Source of the DNA: an uncultured Enterobacterales bacterium
Lineage (GTDB): Bacteria > Myxococcota_A > UBA796 > CAJQPC01
Assembly: GCA_964567625.1 (NCBI GenBank)
Contig: CAZMNK010000013.1
Location: 2,934-61,907 of the forward strand
Reading direction: 5' to 3'
Length of the DNA stretch: 58,974 nucleotides
Shown here: piece after piece, positions 37,849 through 47,534 of the stretch
How the letters are laid out: every line of letters starts with the position of its first letter
Numbering within the stretch: position 1 is the first letter of the stretch
Program-made: the position numbers and the translations under genes
The notes under the pieces: generated by a model
The model's database searches: none
Told to the model about the DNA's origin: nothing
Seen by the model: only the letters and a program-made list of their open reading frames with translations

Positions 37849-38859
37849 TCAGTCTTGGGCCGGCAGGCCATTGATATCGGGGTGGGAATTCGACCAACCC
37901 TCGGACAGAAGTTCCTCGAATCGGAGCAACGCCATGGCTCCCAGCAAGACGCCGAACCAGAGTGTGGCCACTCGGACGAGGAGCGCGGCAGCCACTGCCA
38001 CCGGCTCGGGCACCGCCATGATCGCCATGGCGCCTCCCACCAGGGCGCCATCGGACACACCCAGGCCGCCGGGCATTGCCCCGCCGGCCACCGTGGCAAA
38101 GGCGTAGAGAAAGGTCGCTGCATCCAGGTTGACCGCGGCCCCAAGGCCACGAAAGCAAAGCTGGTACCCGATGCACTCGGCACCCCAGGCCACCACTGAC
38201 ATCAGGGTGGTTGCTATGAGGGGCAGGGGGGCGAGGCAGGAGCGCATGGCGCGGTAGAGCTCCTCCAGCTTGTGGGACACGCGGCCGATCAAGGGGAGCC
38301 TGGCCAATCCTCCCAGGATGCTGAGGGACAGGCCCTCATGGGCGAGCACCAGCAGACCCGCCAAAACGGCGCCTGCCAGGGTCCAGAGAATCCAGGCCTG
38401 GTCCGCGGCGTAGGTACCGATGCTGAGCGCGGCCAGGATCATCAGGGCGATGCCATCGGTCAGTCGCTCGGCGATCAGGGCGGGCAGGGTGGTCGCCAGG
38501 GGGACCTTGGTGCGCTTGGAGACCAGGTAGGGCTTGAGGAGCTCTCCCGCCTTGCCGGGGGAGATCACCATCGAGAGGCCGGCCACGAAGATGTTCAAGT
38601 TGACCCGCCAGGGGATCGAAACGGTCAGCACCTTCAGCAGGTAGTGCCACTTGACGAAACGCAGGCCGTAGTTGACCAAGGTCAGGCCAAGGACGACCGC
38701 ATAGAGCGACCAGTCAAAGCGGGCGACCTGTCCGGAGACCTGGTCGAACCCGGCCCAGACGGACCCGGCGACGTAGAGCAGGACCCCGACCACGATCGCC
38801 CACACCACCCACTTGCGAAAGCGGAGCAGCAGGTCCTGTTGGGGAGGAACGGTGGCCAT
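37849..38859 (-). CDS. Lysylphosphatidylglycerol synthase TM domain / flippase-like protein (UPF0104)
   Basis: LRFVKW, SPGKAGELLK, ERLTD, PGGLGVSD, RVATLW. Confidence 0.85.
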   Translation of the reverse strand: MATVPPQQDLLLRFRKWVVWAIVVGVLLYVAGSVWAGFDQVSGQVARFDWSLYAVVLGLTLVNYGLRFVKWHYLLKVLTVSIPWRVNLNIFVAGLSMVISPGKAGELLKPYLVSKRTKVPLATTLPALIAERLTDGIALMILAALSIGTYAADQAWILWTLAGAVLAGLLVLAHEGLSLSILGGLARLPLIGRVSHKLEELYRAMRSCLAPLPLIATTLMSVVAWGAECIGYQLCFRGLGAAVNLDAATFLYAFATVAGGAMPGGLGVSDGALVGGAMAIMAVPEPVAVAAALLVRVATLWFGVLLGAMALLRFEELLSEGWSNSHPDINGLPAQD

Positions 38860-38889
38860 GTTGTGATCAGGCTGGCAGCGAACAGCCCG

Positions 38890-39645
38890 CTAGGGTGCCC
38901 GGAACTTGATCGAGGTCACCAGGGTCTTCATCTCCACTCTCAGCCGGTCCTGGAGCTGGCTGTAGACGTCGTAGTTCTCACCATCGGTGTTGTCCGGATC
39001 CTGCATGCGCGCGGGGTGCTTGTAGAGCCAGAACTCCAGGGTTGTTCCATCCTCGAATTGGAAGTGCCACTTGTGGCGACTCACGACGGTCCACTTCTTG
39101 CCGTCCAGGGTGGTCGCAGTGGACTTGATCTTCACCTCGCAGGTGTACATCCAGGGGTTGTAGTCGGAGCTATAGGCGCAGTCGCTGTCCGCCGGGTTGC
39201 CCTTGGCGATGACCACGCTCTTGAGTTCGTCCCAACTCACCTCGACCTCGGTGCCATAGCCCTCCAGGGTGAGCTTCAGGTCACCAGGGGCATCCAGCCA
39301 GTCGGCCTCGCCCCACCAGTCGCTCGAGCGCTCGACTCGCGTGACCCTGGCCGTCACCGTGGAGCCGTCAGCCCGCTTGATATCCACGGTCCAGTCCACG
39401 TTGTCTGGGGGTGGTGGGGGAGGTTCGTCGGGAGCGGGTTCTTCCTCGGCCTCGGCAGGAGCTTCCTCTCCTTCTGTTTCGGCAGCCGCCTGGGGAGCCT
39501 CCTCTCCTTCTGTTTCTGTGGTGGCCTGGGGGGCCTCCGCTCCCTCAGTGGCCGCATCGGCAGAAGAGGCCGGTGCCTTCTTCTCCCCACATGCGCCGAG
39601 GATCAGTGTCCCGGCAGCCAACCATCCTAGCCAACGCCTTGCCAT
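38890..39645 (-). CDS. Hypothetical lipoprotein with acidic repeat linker
   Basis: LILGAC lipobox from ATG 39645 (GGAGG upstream); TEGEEAPQA repeats, then a globular domain. Confidence 0.75.
   Translation of the reverse strand: MARRWLGWLAAGTLILGACGEKKAPASSADAATEGAEAPQATTETEGEEAPQAAAETEGEEAPAEAEEEPAPDEPPPPPPDNVDWTVDIKRADGSTVTARVTRVERSSDWWGEADWLDAPGDLKLTLEGYGTEVEVSWDELKSVVIAKGNPADSDCAYSSDYNPWMYTCEVKIKSTATTLDGKKWTVVSRHKWHFQFEDGTTLEFWLYKHPARMQDPDNTDGENYDVYSQLQDRLRVEMKTLVTSIKFRAP
39458..39555. repeat. 36-bp coding tandem repeat (about 2.7 copies)
   Basis: GGAGCTTCCTCTCCTTCTGTTTCGGCAGCCGCCTGG / GGAGCCTCCTCTCCTTCTGTTTCTGTGGTGGCCTGG / partial third copy. Confidence 0.85.
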
Positions 39646-39694
39646 GAGAGCCTCCTCCCGAAAGAGAGGGGCCGTAACCCCAAAGCACCCGGAT

Positions 39695-40753
39695 TCAAGT
39701 GTCTGTTGGAGGGGACCGGGTCGCATTCGCCAGGGCGAGCGCACCCAACAGCAGCAGGATCAACTGCTGAACGCTCACCAGGGCTGTCATTGCCAGGGCA
39801 TCGGCCAGGCTCACACCGGTGGTGCTGACGAAGAAGGCACAGAACAAGGCGTCCCAACCCGCCATGCCGGCTGGCAACGCGTAGAGGGCCACAATGCTCG
39901 CCGTCGCGGCGCAGTAGGTGAAGAGGATCCCCGGCAGGTGGGCGTCCATTCCCAGGGCGTAGCTGCCAAGCCAGATCCCCGTGGTCACCGAGAAGTGACT
40001 GCAGAGGCTCCAGGAGAGGGCCTTGAGCCAGGTCAGGGGAGACTGTCGGCCGACATCGCCCAACGCAGCGGCCGTCTGCTGGACCACGGTGTCCAGCCCT
40101 TTGAAAGAGCGACCCAACCACCCGGGAAGCCCTGCCAGTGCGCCTGCGGTCGCCCCGGACAGTCGAGCCAGCAGGGATGGCCAGGCGCTCAAGACGCCCA
40201 GGGCCACTGCGAAGACGGCCATGAAGATGGCCACGCCCGCCACGAGAGGCTCTGCTTCCGGGGGAATGGGGAGGTCTCCCAGTGCCCAGGCCGCCAGGGC
40301 CAGGGCCCCCGCCGCGCCCAGTCCCAGGAATCGGGAGTGGATGCCCGCAGCCAGGGCCAGGGTGGCTGGCACCCCGAATCGTCGCTTGACCAACATCGAG
40401 GCGCCCACCTCTCCCACAGGACCGGGCAGGGCAATGTTCATCAGCATGCCCGCGCAGACGATCCCCGTCATGGGTGGCAGCGACAGTTCGGAGCCTCCTG
40501 GGATCAGGGTGCGCCAGCGCAGGGCCAGGAAGACGACCGCGGCGGTCATGATGCCCACGGCACCCAGTAGCGGTAGTGGACGGGTGCGGCCCCAGAGTTC
40601 CACCAGGGCCTCGGCCCCGGTCCTGGTGTGGGACAGGGCCAGGCCCAGCAGGAGCAGTGCCACAAGGCCGCCCAGGCCCAGCGCCACGCCGGTCCGGATG
40701 GCTCGTTCCAGGGCCGGACCTGGGGTCTCATCAGGCGCGTGAAGATCGCTCAC
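39695..40753 (-). CDS. Second LPG-synthase TM domain / flippase-like protein
   Basis: ALRWR, NIALPGPVGEV, LPAGMAGWDA; polytopic membrane protein. Confidence 0.75.
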   Translation of the reverse strand: MSDLHAPDETPGPALERAIRTGVALGLGGLVALLLLGLALSHTRTGAEALVELWGRTRPLPLLGAVGIMTAAVVFLALRWRTLIPGGSELSLPPMTGIVCAGMLMNIALPGPVGEVGASMLVKRRFGVPATLALAAGIHSRFLGLGAAGALALAAWALGDLPIPPEAEPLVAGVAIFMAVFAVALGVLSAWPSLLARLSGATAGALAGLPGWLGRSFKGLDTVVQQTAAALGDVGRQSPLTWLKALSWSLCSHFSVTTGIWLGSYALGMDAHLPGILFTYCAATASIVALYALPAGMAGWDALFCAFFVSTTGVSLADALAMTALVSVQQLILLLLGALALANATRSPPTDT

Positions 40754-40923
40754 ATTGGGTGAAGCAGACCACAGTTGTCGCGTTTGTCGCGAAGGGTGCT
40801 GCGCTCGACGCCCGGGAGACGACAGGTCTCAGGGCAGTCTCTCCGGGCTTCTTGCTGGGCCTGTTCGGGGGCTCGCCGCTCCTGGCTCTCCTCCGGGGGG
40901 CGCCTCACCGTCTGGGGCGTCAT
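40750..40923 (-). CDS. Possible 57-aa small protein
   Basis: Its ATG overlaps the rnd stop (ATGA) and its stop overlaps the next GTG start (GTGA); fills the gap exactly. Confidence 0.3.
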   Translation of the reverse strand: MTPQTVRRPPEESQERRAPEQAQQEARRDCPETCRLPGVERSTLRDKRDNCGLLHPM

Positions 40924-42098
40924 CCCTTTTCCCTGGAGGCGGGCGTTGTGCCCGTAGTGGGGTCCAGACTCAGAGCCAGTTCGTGGGCCAGCAATTGCCT
41001 GATCTCTTTGCCGGCAGCGTCCTCCAGCCAGGGGGGAAGATCGCCACAGGTCCCGGTCTCGAGCCAGTTCACCAGCAGGCTCTCCAGCCGCCAGGAGGGC
41101 ATGACCAGTCCGGCCGCAACGCCGGCTCGGGCTTCGAACCCGTGGGCCCAGGCCTGGAGGAGAGCCTGGGCCGACCGGGCGGCAGGCGTGCTGGCCAGGG
41201 GTCGAAGGGTCGCGGTCGGTGCCTCGGCGATCATCTGGATCACCAGGGGGCCGTAGCGCCGCTGGAGGCCCTTGGGGGTCAACCGGTTGGCCGACATCTC
41301 CGCCAGGCTGGTGGGTGCCCTTCGGGCCATGTCCACGAGGACCGGGTTCGAGGCGACGTGAAAGGGCATCAGGTTGCGTTGGGATGCCTCCTGGACGCGC
41401 CAGGCTGCCAGGTGGCGCAGGCGCTCCCGCTCCCTCTGCCCGAGCACGCGGGCGGCAGGGATCTGCCGCCAGGCCTGGAGTGGGTCCATGGGTGTGAGCC
41501 AGCGATCCTGCAACTCCTCGGTGGCCGCCAGGGCCCATTCGATCTGCTGTGGACTACCGCGTTGCTCCAGGGCATCGGTCAGCTCGTGGAGGATCGCCAC
41601 GTCGGCGATCGCATAGGCCTTCTGGGCGTCGCTCAGGGGTCGCCGAGACCAGTCCGAGAGCCCCGTATTGCCCGGCTTGACGGGTTCGTCCAGCAGCAGC
41701 TCGGCCAGGTCCTGGAGACGTCGGGGATAGCCCAGGCCCACCATCCCGGCGAGCACCTGGGTGTCCAGGACGTCCTTGGGTGCCAGGTCGGCTCGACGGG
41801 TGAGCAGCTGGAGATCCCGCTCCCCGCCGTGGAGGAGGATCTGGCACTCGGAGAGGGCGCGCCCAAGTGGCCGCAGGTCCTCGACGGCCCGGGCATCGAC
41901 CAGGAGGGTGGGGTGCCCCGGGACATGGACCTGGACCAGGTGCAGGTCCGGCAGGTGGCGCCGTTCCGAGTGGAACTCCGTGTCCACGCCAACCCGGCCA
42001 GACAGGTGGTCACAGGCTGCAGCAAGCCCCTCGGCCTTTGTGATCAGGGTCGAGGGGCGGACATCAACTCGCGCGTTGGCGGGGGACGAGACAGGCAT
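40920..42098 (-). CDS. rnd: Ribonuclease D (3'-5' exonuclease plus HRDC)
   Basis: GVDTEF, HGGERDL, LDTQV, SDWSRRPLS..QKAYAIADV, HRDC L.AWR..EA..RN. Confidence 0.88.
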   Translation of the reverse strand: MPVSSPANARVDVRPSTLITKAEGLAAACDHLSGRVGVDTEFHSERRHLPDLHLVQVHVPGHPTLLVDARAVEDLRPLGRALSECQILLHGGERDLQLLTRRADLAPKDVLDTQVLAGMVGLGYPRRLQDLAELLLDEPVKPGNTGLSDWSRRPLSDAQKAYAIADVAILHELTDALEQRGSPQQIEWALAATEELQDRWLTPMDPLQAWRQIPAARVLGQRERERLRHLAAWRVQEASQRNLMPFHVASNPVLVDMARRAPTSLAEMSANRLTPKGLQRRYGPLVIQMIAEAPTATLRPLASTPAARSAQALLQAWAHGFEARAGVAAGLVMPSWRLESLLVNWLETGTCGDLPPWLEDAAGKEIRQLLAHELALSLDPTTGTTPASREKG

Positions 42099-42121
42099 GA
42101 TTCAGGAAGGACTTTAGCGCC

Positions 42122-42838
42122 TCAGAAGGCCCAGCCTGCATTCCACTGTTGTCCCTGCACTTGTGCCACCCAGGTCTGCTGGTCCAGAACATCGCCGGCA
42201 GAAACGGTCTCGATTTCCAGGACGTGGTACCTGCCGGCGTCGCGCGTGCTGGCGCGGTGCCACTGACCGGGCACCAGAGGCTTGAGGAGATCCTGGAGAG
42301 CCTGGGGGGTGATGCGTGGTGCCAGGCGATCGAGGCCTTGTTCGGCACAGCGCTCCAGCACCGTCTCCAGGCAAGCGCCCAGCACCTCGAGGTCCCGGGA
42401 CAACACCACGGCGTGGCAACTGGCTTCGGCGTCCAGGCAGACCTGGGCTCCCAGGGACTCGGGAAGTGCATGCTGGGGTGCTGCCAGGATGCTGCTCGGG
42501 AGGGTCTGAGCGATCTCTTCGGGGGTCACATGGGGACCCACCACGGCGGCCTGGACCGGCTCACGCAGGCCAAGGATGGCCCGACCAGGACCCAACCACC
42601 CACCTCCCGGTAGAGGCTGGCAGCCGACGGGAGCCGGCAGTGGTGTCAACACGGCGAGCTGGTTGCCCAGGGCTGTGGGGTACAGGGCGGCACCGAGCTC
42701 TCGAGCCGTGGTCGGAGCCAGGTAGAGAGACCGGGTGCCTCCGCCTTCGTCGTAGGCGGCGAACCACGCGCTTCCCCTGTTTCTCTCGCGCGCCAGTCGG
42801 CGCGCCAGAACAGCGCTCTGAACGGAAGGAGTCGGCAT
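42122..42838 (-). CDS. Hypothetical protein
   Basis: Open frame with genome-like codon usage, co-oriented with rnd; no motif recognised. Confidence 0.6.
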   Translation of the reverse strand: MPTPSVQSAVLARRLARERNRGSAWFAAYDEGGGTRSLYLAPTTARELGAALYPTALGNQLAVLTPLPAPVGCQPLPGGGWLGPGRAILGLREPVQAAVVGPHVTPEEIAQTLPSSILAAPQHALPESLGAQVCLDAEASCHAVVLSRDLEVLGACLETVLERCAEQGLDRLAPRITPQALQDLLKPLVPGQWHRASTRDAGRYHVLEIETVSAGDVLDQQTWVAQVQGQQWNAGWAF

Positions 42839-42897
42839 TCTGTCCCTGCCCTCTGCGGCTTGAACATACCCGGATTTCAAGGTGACCGATAGAGGGT

Positions 42898-43935
42898 TTG
42901 AGCCTGTTCTCAGAGAGGGTTTCCTTGCTCCTTTCCGTCGCTCTTGTCCTGGCCGTTGGTTGTGGGGACCCTGGGCCTGTTTTGCCCGCCGATCCTCTCT
43001 CCAGTGTCGCCAGAGATCCCCGAGAACTCGAGCCGGCGCAAAAGGTCGGCGCTGCGGATTTTGATGGGGACGGTTCGGACGAGGTGGTGTTGATCTCGGA
43101 CGGTGTGGCTCGTTGGGGTGGACATGCCATCGAGCTGGGTGGAGAGGTCCAGGTCGTGCGTCGGGGGGACCCCGATGGGGATGGGCACGAGGTCCTGTTG
43201 TTGGGGACGGGAATGGGTCGGACGGCTCGCAGTGCAGAGACCCGGATCTGGTCGCTGGGACAAGGGGGGGCAGAGTTGCTCTTCCAGCGGAAAGTCACCC
43301 GGAACCAGGTGGCGGATATCGACTTCCTGGGGGAGCGGATCTGGTTGGCGCTCTTCGGGCAGGGCAAGACGGTGGAGGCCGGGTGGCTGGAGGGCCGACA
43401 ATTCCAGGCGGTGGAATCCCGGGAGTTGGCCACGACCTGGTTGCCACTCGGGGAGGACCGCCGGGTGGTCGGTCGGGTCTACGGCGATGTCCCCAGGGCT
43501 CCAGGGGACCTGCGCGTGGTGGGTCCCGAGGGAGAGCGCACCTTGCCCTCCCTTCGTGGGGTGCGCTCCCTGGCGGCGATGGACCTGGATGGCGACGGTC
43601 ACGATGAGCTGCTGGTCGGGGACGGCTGGCACTACTCCTATGGCAAGCAGGGCATCGGGCGGGTGCGCCTGCTCGAGGGTCCCGACTGGGAGACCGGGCG
43701 CACGATTGCCATGTTCGATGGGGAGTACACGGCCTGGAGCCTGGAAGTGGTGGGCGATCGCATCCTGGCCACTGGCAACAGGCATGTGCACCTGCTGACC
43801 CGAGATGCCCTGGGCTGGTCGGATGTGCGGGTGTCCCCGGTGACCGAGACGGGGAATGCCGTGGCCTTCCGGGATGGATCTGGCTGGTGGGCCCTGGTGT
43901 CTGGTTCGCCGGCCCGCCTGGTGCCGCTGGACTGA
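42898..43935 (+). CDS. FG-GAP/VCBS-repeat lipoprotein
   Basis: LAVGC lipobox; three Ca-binding repeats DFDGDGSDE, DPDGDGHE, DLDGDGHDE. Confidence 0.8.
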   Translation: MSLFSERVSLLLSVALVLAVGCGDPGPVLPADPLSSVARDPRELEPAQKVGAADFDGDGSDEVVLISDGVARWGGHAIELGGEVQVVRRGDPDGDGHEVLLLGTGMGRTARSAETRIWSLGQGGAELLFQRKVTRNQVADIDFLGERIWLALFGQGKTVEAGWLEGRQFQAVESRELATTWLPLGEDRRVVGRVYGDVPRAPGDLRVVGPEGERTLPSLRGVRSLAAMDLDGDGHDELLVGDGWHYSYGKQGIGRVRLLEGPDWETGRTIAMFDGEYTAWSLEVVGDRILATGNRHVHLLTRDALGWSDVRVSPVTETGNAVAFRDGSGWWALVSGSPARLVPLD

Positions 43936-43986
43936 CGGGTCCGAACCTCTCCAGCACGCATCGCAGCAAGCCCGGCCAGGGGATAG

Positions 43987-44874
43987 GTGGAGACCGTGGT
44001 TTCGACCGATCATCCGCTGCTCGACAAGCCGGTTCCCGTTCGCGTCTGGGCCTATCTCCAACAGCGCTTTCCACCGGTTCCCTACACCCTGCTGGTGGTG
44101 CTGTTCTACGGGTCCGCGGCGGCGGTGGCAAGGGACCTTGGCGGGGGGGGGAAGACGCCCTGGACCGGGGCGCTCGTGGTGCTCCTGGTCTTCTTTCATC
44201 TCCGGGTCTTCGATGAGCACAAGGACGCAGAAGCCGATGCTGCGGCCTACCCGGATCGGCTGCTGACCCAGGAGGTGGTCACCCTGCCCCTGCTTGGCTC
44301 CATGGCGGCAGGGGCCATCTTTGTCGAGGCGGCTCTCTCGGCCTGGATCGGTCCATCGGCACTCATGGCCTGGGCCGCCACCTTTGTCTTTACCCTGGCC
44401 ATGCGGGCTGAATTCGGGGTGGGGAAGTGGCTTCAGGAACGCATGGTGCTGTACGCGGTGACCCACAATCCAGTGACTGGACTGCTGGCGGTCTTTGCCT
44501 GGGCCTGCACCAGTACCCCCTGGTCTCCCCGGTACTGGGCCTACATCGTCTTTGCCAGCTTTGGCAGTCTGGCGTTTGAGGTCGGGCGCAAGGTCCGCCT
44601 GCCTGCCGAAGAGGTCCCGGGAGTGCCCAGCTACACCACAGTGCTTGGCCGTGGCAGGGCGCTGGGTCTGTTGGCCGGCAGCATGCTGTTGGCGGCGTTG
44701 GGTGTGGTCTGTCTGCTGGGAACCTCCCCGATCGCTCTTGCTGGCGCCCTGGTCCCCACTGCCCTGGGTCTGAGTTGCCTGCTGCCCCCGGCTTCCTCGC
44801 CAGCCGGGCGCGTCGAGGCCGGTGCGTCTCTGTACCTGTTGGGGTCCTTTGCGGTGCTCTGGTGGCTGGCATGA
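43987..44874 (+). CDS. UbiA-superfamily prenyltransferase-like membrane protein
   Basis: QRFP, Asp-rich RVFDEHKDAEAD..YPDRLL, FEVGRK; about 8-9 TM segments. Confidence 0.75.
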   Translation: METVVSTDHPLLDKPVPVRVWAYLQQRFPPVPYTLLVVLFYGSAAAVARDLGGGGKTPWTGALVVLLVFFHLRVFDEHKDAEADAAAYPDRLLTQEVVTLPLLGSMAAGAIFVEAALSAWIGPSALMAWAATFVFTLAMRAEFGVGKWLQERMVLYAVTHNPVTGLLAVFAWACTSTPWSPRYWAYIVFASFGSLAFEVGRKVRLPAEEVPGVPSYTTVLGRGRALGLLAGSMLLAALGVVCLLGTSPIALAGALVPTALGLSCLLPPASSPAGRVEAGASLYLLGSFAVLWWLA

Positions 44875-47534
44875 ACCCGCCCCCTGGAGAACCAAAGGGA
44901 CAGCCGGAAGCCGAGGGAGGCACCGGGGAAAGGTGGGTCGCTGCCTGTGACCGCTTGACGGGTCGTCCTGGGGACCACCTGTCACGGGTGGGTGGAAAGG
45001 GCGTGGGCCTGTTGGCGCTGGTCGCCAAGGGGCTCAGGGTCCCACCGTTCTTCGTGGTGGAAACGGGGGCATGGCGCCTCGAAGGCGATCCTCCAGATGG
45101 GCTCCGGGAGCAGGTGGCCGAAGCTCTGAAGGCGCTGGGTGGACGGGTGGCGGTTCGCAGCTCGGCGGTGGGCGAGGACTCGGAGAGCGCCAGCTTTGCG
45201 GGACAGCTCGAGTCGGTCCTGGGGGTGAAGGGGCTCGACGATGTGATGGCGGCCATTGGCACCTGCTGGAGGTCTGGGGACAGCGAACGGGTCCAGGCCT
45301 ACCGGAAGCTGCACGGTCTCCCCAGGACCCCTGTGGCCGTGATCGTTCAGACCATGCTGGAGCCCGATGCGGCAGGGGTGTTGTTCACCCGGAATCCGGA
45401 CGAGCCGGACAACACCCTGATCTCGGCCAGCTGGGGCCTGGGGGAGGGGGTGGTCCAGGGAACCGTGAACTGCGACACCTGGTCGGTGGGGCCCCGGGGC
45501 ACGGCCCTTCGTGTGGAGACCAAGACGGAGACGCTGGTGATCCAGGGCGCGGGCCCTGAGCTGGTCCCGGTGCCGGCTGAGCGCGTGGAGGAGCCATGCC
45601 TCTCCCCAGAAGTGGTCGAGGAACTCGTGACAACCGGTCGTCGGCTCGAAGAGGATCTTGGTCGGCCCCAGGACATCGAATTCGCCGTGGTCGACGGCGT
45701 GGTGCACTTGCTCCAGGTGCGGCCGATCACCGTGCCCATCGCTTCGGGCAGGCGGTTGCTCTGGGACAACTCGAACATCGTGGAGTCCTTCAGTGGTCCC
45801 ACGACCCCGATGACCTTCTCCTTTGCCCATCGGGCCTACACGATCATCTACCAGCTCTTCAGCGCGGTGATGGGGGTGAAGGCCACGACCATTCGGGAGC
45901 ATGAGGGGACCTTTCACAGGATGATCGGGCTGATCCGCGGACGGGTCTACTACAACCTCAACGCCTGGTACCTGGTCATCTCGCTCCTTCCCGGCTTCCA
46001 GGTGAACCGGAAGTTCATGGAGCAGATGATGGGCGTCTCCGAGGTCGCCTCGGACGAGGATGCCCTGCTGGACAGCCGTCTCAAGCGGGTGGTGGTCCAT
46101 GGCCCCCGAACCCTCTGGATGGTGGTCAAGCTCATCTGGCGTCTTGTGCGGCTCGAGAAGGACATCGCCCGTTTCCGCCGGTCCTTTGACGCCGCCTACC
46201 GGGAGCACCGGGGCAAGGCTCTGGACGCCTTGAGTCCCTTTGACCTGCTGGCGGTCTACCACGACCTGGAGCGTCGCCTGCTCTGGGCCTGGACCCCGCC
46301 GATCGTGAACGACTTCTTCGTGATGATCTTCTACGGGGTGTTGCGGTCCTGGTGCCAGAAGCTCACCGGCGATCCGGACACCAACCTGCACAACGAACTG
46401 TTGGCAGGCGAGGGCGGGCTGGAGTCCACCGAGCCCACCCTGGAGGCTCTTCGCATCGCGGACCTGGTGCTCAAGGAACCCGACCTGCTGGCCCTGCTGC
46501 GCGGTGACGGCACCGACACCGAGGTCCTGGCCCAGGCCCGGGCCTGGCGGTGGTTCGACAATCGGCTCGCCACCTACCTGGATCGCTACGGAGACCGGTG
46601 TGTCGACGAACTCAAGCTCGAGGTGCCGTCCTTGCGGCAGCGCCCGGAGTTCCTGGTCGCTGCGCTGCGCAACTACGTTCGGGAGGGGGCGGCACCCATT
46701 GACGTCACGAGATTCGGGGCCGAGGAGCGCAAGATGCGCAAGACGGCTGAGATCCGGGTCTGGAGCCTGGTCCAGGGCTGGCGGGAACGCCTGTTCCAGT
46801 GGGTGCTGGGCCAGGCTCGCCTCCGGGTCAAGGAGCGGGAGAACCTGCGCTTCGCCCGGACCCGTATCTTCGGGCTGGTCCGAGACCTGGTCCGGGCCAT
46901 GGGTTGGAAGATGGTCCAGGCGGATGTGCTGGACGAGCGGGAGGACGTCTACTGGCTCTCCATGGAGGAGTGCCTGGCCTGGATCCGGGGGACGGCCGTG
47001 ACCACGAATCTCCGGGCGCTGGTCCTGCTCCGCCGCCAGGAATTTGCGGGGTATGCCGAACAGCCAGCCCCGGACGAGCGCTTCCACACCCTCGGCGCGG
47101 TCTATGCCCACAACCGCTTCAAGGGACCCAGGGTCGCCGCCGAGCTCCAGGACGGGGTGCTCTCGGGCATCCCCTGTTGCCCGGGGCAGGTGGAGGGTCC
47201 GGTGCGGGTGTTGGAGAACCCGTCCGAGGGAGGCAGGCTCTCGGGGGAGATCCTGGTCGCCGAGCGCACGGACCCTGGCTGGGTACCGCTCTACCCCAGC
47301 GTGTCCGGGATCCTGGTGGAGCGTGGAAGTGTGCTCTCCCACTCGGCTGTGGTGGCCCGGGAGTTGGGAATACCCACCGTGGTGGGGCTGCGTGGCCTGA
47401 CCGCCCTGGTGGGGGACGGGGACCGGGTTCGCATGGACGGGGGTGCAGGCACTGTGGCGTTGCTGAACCCCGATGAACCGGGCACAGGCGAGGAAGAGGA
47501 AGCTTCCGCAGACGTCTCGAAACCGGACGCCTAG
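44871..47534 (+). CDS. PEP-synthase/RPH-like phosphotransferase (ATP-grasp, substrate domain, phospho-His swivel)
   Basis: VGGKG, AVRSSAVGEDS..SFAGQ, GLGEGVV, QDIEFA..LQVRPIT, central WDNSNIVES, C-terminal TDPGW..GSVLSHSAVVARELGIP. Confidence 0.9.
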   Translation: MNPPPGEPKGQPEAEGGTGERWVAACDRLTGRPGDHLSRVGGKGVGLLALVAKGLRVPPFFVVETGAWRLEGDPPDGLREQVAEALKALGGRVAVRSSAVGEDSESASFAGQLESVLGVKGLDDVMAAIGTCWRSGDSERVQAYRKLHGLPRTPVAVIVQTMLEPDAAGVLFTRNPDEPDNTLISASWGLGEGVVQGTVNCDTWSVGPRGTALRVETKTETLVIQGAGPELVPVPAERVEEPCLSPEVVEELVTTGRRLEEDLGRPQDIEFAVVDGVVHLLQVRPITVPIASGRRLLWDNSNIVESFSGPTTPMTFSFAHRAYTIIYQLFSAVMGVKATTIREHEGTFHRMIGLIRGRVYYNLNAWYLVISLLPGFQVNRKFMEQMMGVSEVASDEDALLDSRLKRVVVHGPRTLWMVVKLIWRLVRLEKDIARFRRSFDAAYREHRGKALDALSPFDLLAVYHDLERRLLWAWTPPIVNDFFVMIFYGVLRSWCQKLTGDPDTNLHNELLAGEGGLESTEPTLEALRIADLVLKEPDLLALLRGDGTDTEVLAQARAWRWFDNRLATYLDRYGDRCVDELKLEVPSLRQRPEFLVAALRNYVREGAAPIDVTRFGAEERKMRKTAEIRVWSLVQGWRERLFQWVLGQARLRVKERENLRFARTRIFGLVRDLVRAMGWKMVQADVLDEREDVYWLSMEECLAWIRGTAVTTNLRALVLLRRQEFAGYAEQPAPDERFHTLGAVYAHNRFKGPRVAAELQDGVLSGIPCCPGQVEGPVRVLENPSEGGRLSGEILVAERTDPGWVPLYPSVSGILVERGSVLSHSAVVARELGIPTVVGLRGLTALVGDGDRVRMDGGAGTVALLNPDEPGTGEEEEASADVSKPDA

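Noticed and set aside
39458-39555. 36-bp repeats as a mini-CRISPR
   Set aside because: They are head-to-tail without spacers and encode a protein linker.
44871-47534. Rifampin phosphotransferase resistance gene or gluconeogenic PEP synthase
   Set aside because: Only the architecture is shared with RPH. The PEP-binding barrel of PpsA is absent, and the operon context points to biosynthesis.
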